Source: Octopus sinensis (lineage: Eukaryota). From it: DNA of 64,000 nt. The notes below the pieces were generated by a model, which searched no databases, was not told the DNA's origin, and was given only the letters and a program-made list of their open reading frames with translations. This document shows, piece by piece, positions 39,537 to 49,580 of this stretch (its first letter is position 1; each line of letters starts with the position of its first letter). The stretch covers positions 137,640,001 through 137,704,000 of the forward strand of contig NC_043000.1 of the NCBI RefSeq assembly GCF_006345805.1. Direction: 5' to 3'. Position numbers and translations under genes: made by a program.

Positions 39537-41994
39537 ACACACACACACACACACACTCACTCACACGCACACACATACATACATACATACACTCGCACAT
39601 ATATATGCTCTTAACGATTCACAATGAACAGAAAAAAGAAATTTAGACTGAACTATTCCCTACTTTTCTCTTTTGAAGTAACTTTGTAGAATATTTAATT
39701 TAGCTTGAATAATTTATGCATCGAGCTACGAGGCACTGAAGTTTCCAAATGAGAATGAAATGTTGCTATACACGGGAACCAACAAGTAAGAACTGTAAAC
39801 ATTTTAGTTTATGAAGGAGAAAAAAGATTGAATATGGATGTACTTTAGTACTGCAAATGATTTTCTCCCGCCAATGTTAAATTCACAATAGGCAAATTAT
39901 GTGTTCGACATAGTCAGGTTGCATATCTATGATTACCCACGAAAGCTGTTGTTCATGGCTCCGGCGAGATGAATACGAAAAAGAATTCTGCTTGAATTAA
40001 TCCCGATAGATAGATAACACATTACGAAATAACAGCTAGCAATCTTAATCTAAATCTAGGAAGAATATACGAAAACGGGCTTGCGAAACTTGTTTATAGT
40101 ATAAACACCAACTGTAACTACACACACACGCACACATATATATGGATGGGTGGGGTGTATTATACCTACTAAATATTATTCTGTTCCCTTCTAATGACGT
40201 GTCAGCTGAAAGCACATTGTAAATGCATTAATAGAGTCACGTGGAATACATAGGCACACAATTCTGTCTGCGTTATAAAGGCTTCTATTTTTCTAGGTAT
40301 TTATGGAATTGAATCAATAACAAGCTAAAAAAATGTATATACCGAACAGTCATATCCTTTCTTTAACTAGTATCATTCATCACACATCCAACAGCGGATG
40401 AAAATATTATCAGTTTACATTCACATCATCAACCACACAAAAGAAATCTGATTCAACACTAATGAATCTACGATGGATTTTTTTATATACAACAGACTTT
40501 TTATTCATGTTACCATAGAAATCTGGAAGTATAAACCAACCATAGTATCCGTATTTAGGAAACCAACGAAAAGATCGCTATTTGGAAATATCTGCGATGT
40601 ATCAATGCCGTAGCATAAAAGGCGAATATTTCTCTGAGTTAGTCATCCTGTTTATATACGTTTACTGGTATCAGGATTAGAACAAAAACAACATCCGGCG
40701 TTTAGTCGCAAAGTCCTGTATTCTTTACGATCTACGACCATTTTACTATCTAACAATAAATTTTACTGACGATGTCCACGATTACCTCATCTCCTGATTT
40801 GTGACTATACAGCAGAACACCAAACTTACTCATTACTTTCTACATTGATTTAATTTTTATTAATTTGCATTCTGATATTGCGTCTTCAGCCATTTCTTGA
40901 CCAGAACCAGAACCAGAACCAGATATAAGACGATTAATTTTTGACATCAGCAATAGAATCTGAATTTATTAAAATGTCTTGTCTTGCTACGTTATGTATA
41001 TTGATATCAATCTTATTATCTAAGATAAACTATCTGATTGTTTAGATTTGTTAATTACTTTAGCAGGGAATTCATGTAACATATTAAAGTCAATATGAAT
41101 TTAATAACTGCATACATAAATATATTTGTACAGATATAAATTTGATACCTACATTCATAAATATATTTTCACACCTAAACAATAATATAAGCAAGATATT
41201 AAGATTACAAAATAATAAAAATTACGCAACCATAAGCAAAGGTTGGTGGCAAAGTGTGACACCTAAATGTGTAAGGTAGCAACAGCTTAATATATCTGCG
41301 TGAAGCACTCCAATGAGAACTGATGGGATACAATTTTCCTCGAAGTTAAAGAATATTATGTATACATATAAACAAGGAAGCGATAACTAGAGATGGTAAG
41401 AAATGTCTTTACATAAACCGGCAGTTAAATCTTTCCGGTCGTCAGAAAGATCGTTTTAATGAAACTCTAGTCCCCGCCCAGATATTCAGCGTTAATAAAT
41501 ATATATATATTCGTCTTGTTACATATTGAGTGACTTTAGTTAACAAACTGTATCTTTTATTGTGTGTGTATGTTTATAAGCACATACACACACACATGCA
41601 CATACATATACATATATGTATGTATATGCATATAGGTACATATACACACATGCATTTATATTAGAAATAAGTTGAAGGAAGTCTACCACTAAATCCACTT
41701 TATTTTTAATCTCTCTCTTTATTTCCTTTTCGTTGAAGAGCGTAGGCTCGAAATATAAAATACTTTCTCACCATTTCGTGTGTAAAACTAATAAACTCCC
41801 TTACGCAGGCCCAATGGCGCTGTTCTGGCTATGCCGTCAGAATATGATGAAAGAATACCCAAAGAATACAATTATGAATAAGGGCATAAAAGAAACCATG
41901 CGTATGCTGAAAATAGACGCTAAATCATCAAACTATGATAACATTTCTACTTTTATATTACACAACGTGTTGAAATCGAGGGAGTAGGCTGACA

Positions 41995-42343
41995 GTCGAT
42001 ACCCAGATCCCTTATTGATTTAGGCTCTGGGATTATAATTCCCTGTGGGCCAGTGTACCCTGTAAGTTTCATATTCAGTTTTGGAGGCTGGTAGCACAGG
42101 GCTTGGAACTTTTCAACATTAAACTGCATATCCTCAGCTCATCTGTAAATTGAATCCAACTCTTGCTGCAGATGTGCAACATCACTGGGGTTCTGTATTT
42201 TCTGCGAGACTTTTGTATTGTCTGCTTATCTAGCAAGGGTGGTCATATCTGAGAGGGCCACTATGAAAAGCAGTGGTCCCAAGACAGTGCCCTGTGGAAC
42301 ACCGCTCTCTATTTGTGTTTTCATTGGGGTAGCTCCATGTAGA
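41995..42343 (-). pseudogene. CR1/L2/Jockey-type LINE reverse transcriptase fragment
   Basis: Minus-strand translation IESGVPQGTVLGPLLFIVALSDM..*ADNTKV..LQQELDSIYR*AEDMQFNVEKF..SIRDLGID. Confidence 0.9.
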
Positions 42344-42394
42344 TAATAATATTATACATATATGTGAGTGTGTATTTGCATGTATATATATATA

Positions 42395-42808
42395 CGGTTG
42401 TTCGTACGGTGCTTGGTCACTTCAAACGAACTTTCGCAGGCATGATGGGGGAGAATGTTAGTAGTTATTTAGCTGGCGCAGTTTAGCTGATGAGAAATGA
42501 CGCGCCTAGGTGACGCTAAATTTCGAAACCGGTACTAGGTTGACCAGCATTTACTTGTTGTGACCCATTTGAGGTAAGACATTATTATTGTTCACTGATA
42601 TTTTTTCTACCTTGTCTTTATTAGATTAAAGACTATTCGGTGGTACAGAAGTATTTTTTGACTTTTATCATTAGCGATATGTGTACTCATGTAGTACCCT
42701 TGTGTATATATGTACATACCTAATATTTTATGTATATATTTTATTAATTTGCCTGTACGGCTGATAATTCGCTTACCACTTGTGATGGTATTTTAATAAT
42801 ACCATCCC
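42395..42808 (+). mobile_element. ~410-bp non-coding element carrying a canonical hammerhead
   Basis: Bounded by TA-rich microsatellites and contains the HHR at 42472-42548. Boundaries are approximate. Confidence 0.55.
42472..42548 (+). ncRNA. Type I hammerhead ribozyme (minimal palindromic stem III)
   Basis: gcugg-cg-caguuuag-CUGAUGA-gaaau-(21 nt)-auuuc-GAAA-ccgg-UA-cuagguug-a-ccagc. Complete core, stem I of 8+5 bp with an internal loop, GUA cleavage after 42534. Confidence 0.85.
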
Positions 42809-43785
42809 TATATATATATATAGCTGTTGAAAGCATGAGTACTTTTGAAAGTCTAACCTCTGAATCTCTTCGTGCTTACGCTCTCACTCTGCTCATTCTA
42901 TATTTTTTTGTCATTCTTCTATTTTGCATTCTTTTTATGCAACCGCAGCGAACAAAGTGAAACCATAACTCAAAACCTCTACGTCAGTCGATTCCATTAT
43001 TGCAAGTTATTTCGTTATATACTCTTAAATTAAATGCACAGCGAACAACGTCTGTATTGAAAAGCAAGCAATATCACCATGCTTTTACAATATCCAATGC
43101 AAATATGCATGGATCATTGATAGATTTCATAACTTGACCCCAATAATCCACCACGACATTATTTTCGTTTTATAATTATGACCGGAATAGATAATATAGG
43201 TAAGAGGTAATCTCACTGGCGCCCAATTCTTCTTTTTTCTCAATCGGCAAGAGTATTAGATTCAAAAGGAATGCAATCTGGAAGAATGCCACAGACGAAT
43301 TATAGACGAGAGAATAATAATAAATGAAATATTAATCATGAGCTATTGTGTAGCGACGAAAGGAAGCAAGGAAGCACATAAATGAACTTAGATATACAGA
43401 TATCCTTCACGCAATAGTCTGCTCATACGATCAGTATCCTATACTGTTCTTTTGTCACAAACACATATACACAGCCAAAGACAAAAAGATACATACATTT
43501 ACATACAAACAGATGCACACACAGATGCACACACAGACACAAAAACACAGACACATACACATACGTACACACACAATCACTTAAATATATATATGTATAT
43601 ATATATAAATGTATATAACAGAAACCAAATATAAATTCTGAAGTAGTTAAACCAGATTTTTAAACGTTATTAAACTCTCTTTGTCTCCTCCCTCTCTCAC
43701 TCCCACATTTTCCTCTCAGTGAATATGCAAATACAAACTCACATATATGTATAATATTATTGTCCACATGGTTTTATGGTTATAC

Positions 43786-43825
<40 letters not shown>

Positions 43826-44339
43826 TATATATATGTATACACACACACACGTGCACATATATTTACATGTACATGTACACATATAAATACACACACATAT
43901 ACACATATATTACATATTCGTGTATATACATGTATATATGAGGATCGTACTTTGAAAACCGTTATCAGTGCATATTTGTTCGATTTCATGATAACCACTA
44001 AAGCACAATCTGCAAGCTGCTGGCTTCACGCACATGAAATTTTTTCAGTCTTGCTGGGATAGATGTCATATAAACTGTGAGCGAATCTTAGTATTCAAAT
44101 CAAAATCAGATATATTCAAGTTGTTTTTTTAAACAATCACTTAAAATTCATTCCGATGCATATATCTGGTTTTGAAATTAGAGAATGTATATGCGAATAT
44201 GCCATGCGTACTTATTAAGTGTACGCATACATATATATGCTTAAATATTTGTGCATTCAATAAATCCCACGTATTATCTACATACTCAGAGCGATATGGA
44301 TGGAACTGTTTTACAATTATGCATATTTATATGCAAAAG

Positions 44340-44650
44340 TGGAGCCGCAATGGCACAGTGGTTAGGGCAGCGGATTCGCGGTCGTAGGATCGCGGTTTCG
44401 ATCCCCAGATCGGGCGTTGTGAGTGTTTATTGAGCGAAAACACCTAAAGCTCCTCGATGCTCTGGCAGGGGGTGGTGGCGATCCCTGCTGTAGTCTTTCG
44501 CCACAACTTTCTTTCACTTTCTCTTCTGTTGGCCAGCTCGCTCAGCCAGCGGGGTGGTGTCATTTGAAGGCTAAAACAGTGACTAGCGATGTATCGCAAC
44601 ATCTGATAGCCTGGTCGGTCACGGTGATATGCAAACGTATAGGTGAATAG
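44340..44650 (+). mobile_element. tRNA-derived SINE, family C
   Basis: Box A tggcacagtggtt, box B ggtttcgatccc; the head is homologous to 59814. Confidence 0.8.
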
Positions 44651-44719
44651 AATAAAAATTCCCTGTTTAACGTTTGGTGGAAGAATAATCATTTTAGAAA
44701 TGCTCGTATCCTTTTATAG

Positions 44720-45360
44720 AATAAATGCGATCCTATGTACCATTCTGTCAATTCTAACTAAAACAGTACTGTCGCGGCCTGTCGGAATAAAAGTGAAAGC
44801 GACGAAACTGTTTCCGACGCGCTCATTCAAGTTTTGATCATTACTGACCCTGTGGAGATATGCCAAAGACCTGTCACCGTGCGATTGATGAATACCTATT
44901 TCTTTGCTACCCACAAGGGGCTAAACACAGAGAGGACAAATGGGCAGACAGAATGATTAACTTTATTATATCGACTCCAGTGCGTAACTGTTACTTAATT
45001 TATCGACCCCGAAAGGATGAAAGGCAAAGTCGATCTCGGCGGAATTTGAATTCAGAACGTAGCGGCAGACGAAATACCGCTAAGCATTTCGTCCAAAGTG
45101 GTAACGTTTCTGCCAGCTCGCCGCCCTCCGTGCGATTGATGAATGCGACTACGAACTGATTCCAGTGTGAAGATTCGCAGCTTCCTATGTATAGTGGCTA
45201 TGAGAAAAGAATGGTTGGTTAAATTGCGAGAGCTAGGAACGAATACTTCCATCTTTGACGAAGTCCTCATAAACTTCTTCAATCATTTCTTGAAGTGGCA
45301 GATGAGAGATCTGAGTAAGAGAAGTACTATGCTCTAATATATTTACAGAAAGGCAAGTTC
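44720..45360 (+). pseudogene. Probable L1/Tx1-type LINE C-terminal remnant interrupted by a SINE
   Basis: CRNKSESDETVSDALIQ (compare RCAQSDETV near 22620) and LCIVAMRKEWLVKLREL..TNT..LINFFNHFLK resemble the Tx1 ORF2 C-terminus. Stops and frameshifts are present. Confidence 0.4.
44894..45127 (-). mobile_element. SINE family A, full length
   Basis: 17-bp TSD ccgtgcgattgatgaat at 44877-44893 and 45128-45144. Confidence 0.92.
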
Positions 45361-45619
45361 CAGCTTTGTTTTATTTGTTTTATTTTATAGCAAAAAAGCG
45401 TTTACCTTAGATTTAACAAACATTTAATGATCTTTCCATTTAACAACATATATATTATATATCGTTATATTCTATATTTTACATTTTTTATTCTATATTT
45501 TAGATTTCCGCACATATGTTTATATATATTGGTTTGGTGCATAATTATTGCGACTTTTTTCAACAAATTTTATTCACCAAAATCAATAACATGTAACAAA
45601 AACGTTTTAAAATGATTAT

Positions 45620-46065
45620 TCCGGAGCATATTCACCATCTACTTCAATTACTGCTTCCCCTTTAAGATGTTCTTGTTAAATATTGTTATTGCTTTTGTTT
45701 CTCATACCGGCGGATTCTTTGTGCTTTGGCAACGATATCATACTTTAGCTGATCATTTACCTCAGGTATACCTCGTTCTATAATTTTTTTCTTACGTAAT
45801 ATTTTTCTTCCCTTCTTGTTGCTTAGTAATGTTGATTGTCTACAAGTTTTATTAAGGAATGACAGATACTTTCTTTTCTTTTATTTTTTCTGGCTATTAT
45901 TTATCAACAGGGTTTGTTTGGGGGTTAACATTCTTGTTTGGATGGGTTTTAGTGTGTATCCAGCTTCTTTTGGTGTAGCCCATCTTTTATACCAAAACAA
46001 AACAATGTATATGATAACACTTCCAATCAGTTAAGATCAAAAGCCTGATACTGCATCAGGGCATT
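45620..46065 (-). pseudogene. Decayed 5' part of an R4/Dong-type element (leader plus N-terminal ORF remnant)
   Basis: Peptide IERGIPEVNDQLKYDIVAKAQRIRRYEK (45690-45782) resembles the pre-RT region of R4-clade ORFs. The leader shares 19 nt with the 48434-48902 element and follows a (TAA)n tract. Confidence 0.55.
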
Positions 46066-46082
46066 TTGTTGCTTTTGTTGTT

Positions 46083-46140
<58 letters not shown>

Positions 46141-46141
<1 letters not shown>

Positions 46142-48307
46142 TTTTTTTTCTTCTTCTTTCAAATTTTCTTCCATTTCTTGCCGAGTGTCTTCCCGACTCC
46201 TAGGGCAAAGAAACTCATAGTGTATATTGGTAGGCCATTAAACCAAACTCAGTAGTTCGTTCATTTTTTTTTTTTTTTTTTAAAGTTAAATTAAAATGCA
46301 TGAGCAGCAACAGTTCTCACATCGACAATGCTCTTCTCAATACGTGTGATGTACCAGTTAAGACAATCTTTTGCACTTCTTGCAGGGATGGTAAGCCAGG
46401 GATCATTCTCATATAATTTTCGGTTCCCTTCTTGATCATTCCTAGTGCTCCTACGATCACTGGTATTGTAACCGCCTTGAGATGCCACATTTTCTCAATT
46501 TCAATTAGTAGGTCTTTATATTCTCTGAGCTTGTCAAACTCTTTCGCTGAGAAATTATGATCACAGGGGATGCTCATGTCGATCAATAAGCAAACTTTAT
46601 TGTTTTGGTCTTTCACAACAATATCTGGTTTATTGGCCTTGATGGTTCGGTCTGTATGTACTGGAAAGTCCCACAGAATGGTTACATTTTCTCCTTCAGT
46701 TACAGCCTCAGGGTGGTGATTATACCACTTGTCGGCAGTTTTGATATTGTAATGCCGACTTATTAGCCAGTGGAGATATTGTCCAACTCTGTCATGTCTT
46801 AATTTATACTCCACTGGTGCTAAGACTTTACATCCAGAGATTAGGTGGTCCACTGTTTCAATCATGTCGTTGCAGAATCGGCATTTTGGGTCTGCTCCAT
46901 TTTTCATCACATTGGCCTGGTAGTTCCGGGTTGATAGGCTTTGGTCTTGAGCAGCCAGGATGAAACCTTTGCTCTCTGCTTTTAGCCCTGAGCTCCGCAG
47001 CCACTGATGGGTTTGTTTCTGGTCAACATCAGCTTGTTTGCTGCGGGTCACATATTTGCCGTGCAGAGGTTTCTCCTCCCACCTATCAGCCAATTGCTCG
47101 TGCGCTTTTTTCATTGCCATCATTTTCACCTTCTTTGCAACAATAGTTGCCGTACTTCCCTCGGGTTGTTCAGTTTGGGTATCCTGCACGATATCAATAG
47201 CAAATTCTTTGCTTTCCTTGATGATAGAATGAAGCTTCTTTCGTCCCTCGTGATTTTCCACGAGCTTTAGCATCCAGTCATTCGATATTTCGAGATATTT
47301 GGCCAGTCCAATTGTGGTTGTTTTGTAAGCTAGTTCAAATTGGATCAGGCCTCGACCTCCTTGGGCTCTGAGAAGGTAAAGGCGATCTACGTCTGCCTTT
47401 GGGTGGTGCATCCTATTACAACTCAGCAGCTTGCGTATTTTTCTATCTATATTCTTTACTTCACTCATATTCCAGTTCAACACATTGTAGCTATAAGTAA
47501 CAACTGGAACTGCTAGGGAATTTATAGCTAACACCTTGTTACGTGCATTTAGTTCAGATTTCAGGACTGCACGAAATCTCCTATAACATTCCTTCCTGAT
47601 TTTCTGTTTCATGCTTGCATGCTGAATACCAGAGCCTTCATTTATCCCTAAATATTTGTATGTTTGTTCTTGCTCAAGCTCTCTTATGACTGTGTCAACA
47701 TCTAACACGACTGAATTTGTGGTCTTCACTTTCCCTTTCTGGAAAGTGGCCTTGGCACACTTCTCAAGTCCAAACTCCATCCCAATGTCATCGCTGAATG
47801 ATTTCACGGTGCGCAATAGGCCTTCAAGTTCATTATTGTCTTTACCATAAAGTTTTAAGTCATCCATATAAAATAGATGGCTTATTTTCTTATTGGCAAT
47901 TTTATACCCATACCCTGTTCTGTTTAATTCACTTGTAAGGGGTATTAGGGCTATGCAGAATATTAAAGGTGAAAGTGAGTCACCTTGAAAAATTTCACAG
48001 TTGATGTTTATATTTTCTGAGGCAAGTACTCCATTAGAGTGGTATAATTGGAGATTCGTATTCCACAACGACATATTGTGCTTCAGGAAGTTTGAAATCA
48101 CAGGGGAAATTTTGAAGATGTCCAGCGATCTAAGATCCATTGATGCGGTATACTGTCGAAGGCCTTTTTATAGTCAATCCATGCGGTGCTGAGATTTCTG
48201 CGCTTGTTGTGACAGTTCTCAAGGATCATACGATTGATTAGCAGTTGATCTTTGCATCCGTAAGAGCCTCGGCGGCACCCTTTTTGTTCAATGGCACCCT
48301 TTTTGTT
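46141..48307 (-). mobile_element. 5'-truncated R4/Dong-clade non-LTR retrotransposon inserted in (TAA)n
   Basis: RT plus CCHC finger plus RLE, followed by a 3' UTR that runs into (AAT)n at 46085-46140. (AAT)n also lies upstream at 48308-48433. Confidence 0.9.
46317..48140 (-). CDS. Reverse transcriptase / zinc finger / restriction-like endonuclease ORF (607 aa, N-terminally frameshifted)
   Basis: [12 protein letters not shown] and YMDDLKLY (RT), CRFC..HLISGC (CCHC), RHD, KPDIVV..LIDMSIP..KE (PD-(D/E)xK RLE). The upstream RT motifs QKGCRRG..KDQLLI and [13 protein letters not shown] lie in another frame (48140-48300). Confidence 0.88.
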   Translation of the reverse strand: MDLRSLDIFKISPVISNFLKHNMSLWNTNLQLYHSNGVLASENININCEIFQGDSLSPLIFCIALIPLTSELNRTGYGYKIANKKISHLFYMDDLKLYGKDNNELEGLLRTVKSFSDDIGMEFGLEKCAKATFQKGKVKTTNSVVLDVDTVIRELEQEQTYKYLGINEGSGIQHASMKQKIRKECYRRFRAVLKSELNARNKVLAINSLAVPVVTYSYNVLNWNMSEVKNIDRKIRKLLSCNRMHHPKADVDRLYLLRAQGGRGLIQFELAYKTTTIGLAKYLEISNDWMLKLVENHEGRKKLHSIIKESKEFAIDIVQDTQTEQPEGSTATIVAKKVKMMAMKKAHEQLADRWEEKPLHGKYVTRSKQADVDQKQTHQWLRSSGLKAESKGFILAAQDQSLSTRNYQANVMKNGADPKCRFCNDMIETVDHLISGCKVLAPVEYKLRHDRVGQYLHWLISRHYNIKTADKWYNHHPEAVTEGENVTILWDFPVHTDRTIKANKPDIVVKDQNNKVCLLIDMSIPCDHNFSAKEFDKLREYKDLLIEIEKMWHLKAVTIPVIVGALGMIKKGTENYMRMIPGLPSLQEVQKIVLTGTSHVLRRALSM

Positions 48308-48433
48308 TATTATTATTATTATAATAATAATAATAATAATAATAATAATTATTATTATTATTATTATTAATATCATTATTATTATTATTATTATATTATT
48401 ATCATTATTATCATTATTATTATTATTATTATT

Positions 48434-48902
48434 GAGTGAGCGAGCAGAGCATGCCATCAAAGTGACACTGGGGTAAAATATACGAAGCCCAGTATACCCA
48501 TCATGACTACCCGTCTGATAAGGGTACACCAGGCACATGCATCACAACCATATGTGCGCGACATGGTGATCTCATATCAAGATAAACAGCACATGACCTT
48601 GCAGGTGGAGCCCAGTTAGAATTTTCTTCAGATCGAGTAACCCATCCCGCTCAAAAGGTCCCTGAATAAGGGTTGTTTAAGGACGTTGAACGAAACACCC
48701 ATGTTTCCAGAGGTGAATTATTCAAACCCCAAAGAATCCTTCTCAACACATGGCTATGATGCTCCCCCACTACTTCTGCTCGTGATCAGAGATGCACATA
48801 TCGTCAGCCACTAAAGGACATGCTCAACTGGTTAAGGTCAAACAACTGACAAGCAAATCTGTGGTATTGAGCAGAATATTTGCTGTAGCCCATCTTTTAT
48901 AC
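48434..48902 (-). mobile_element. ~465-bp non-autonomous element inserted in (TAA)n
   Basis: Homologous to 15291-15756, with (AAT)n on both sides on the minus strand. Confidence 0.82.
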
Positions 48903-48968
48903 TATTATTATTATTATTATTTATTATTATTATTATTATTATTATATTATATTATTATTATTATTATT

Positions 48969-49368
48969 CAGTAGTTTTATTTTTATAGCGTGCTTTCACA
49001 TCACTACCGAGCGCAGCTCTGTGTGCCTTGGGTATGTGCTGTGATTTGTTGTGATACTCTGATGGTTACCGTATTGAAAGTATTCTGCGTAGGATGTGTG
49101 CAGTGCCTAGTAGTGCAATTTTCTATATGTTATATGTGTTTGTAACTCCTGGTGTTTTTGTTATGTATTTGTCTGAATATTTTTTTATCATGCCTAATAC
49201 TCCTATTATGATAGGAATTGTTTCTGTTTTTATTTTCCACATTCTAGCTACCTCTATTTCCAGGTCTTTGTATTTTGAAAGTTTCTCCATTTCTTTTAGA
49301 GAGACGTTGTCATCTGCCGGTATTGATACATCAATTAGAAAGCATTTTTTCTTCATGATCTCTGGCAA
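48969..49368 (-). pseudogene. 5'-truncated R4/Dong-type LINE (RLE end plus 3' UTR) between (TAA)n arrays
   Basis: ORF 49123-49368 KKCFLIDVSIPADDNVSLKEMEKLSKYKDLEIEVARMWKIKTETIPIIIGVLGMIKK. Confidence 0.88.
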
Positions 49369-49369
49369 C

Positions 49370-49409
<40 letters not shown>

Positions 49410-49427
49410 ATTATTATAATTATTATA

Positions 49428-49466
<39 letters not shown>

Positions 49467-49540
49467 ATTATTATTATTATTATTATTACTAGTAATAGTA
49501 TTATTATTATCATCATTATTATTATTATTATTAGTATTAT

Positions 49541-49576
<36 letters not shown>

Positions 49577-49580
49577 CCAC
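49369..49580. repeat. (ATT)n-(AGT)n compound microsatellite
   Basis: Seen directly. Confidence 0.98.

Noticed and set aside
41405-41490. CTGACGA (minus) and GAAACTCTAGTC (plus)
   Set aside because: The two halves are on opposite strands.
44340-44420. tRNA genes at SINE heads (also 38655, 59814, 59160-59233)
   Set aside because: Only A/B-box similarity. There is no full cloverleaf or acceptor stem, and each runs into a SINE body.
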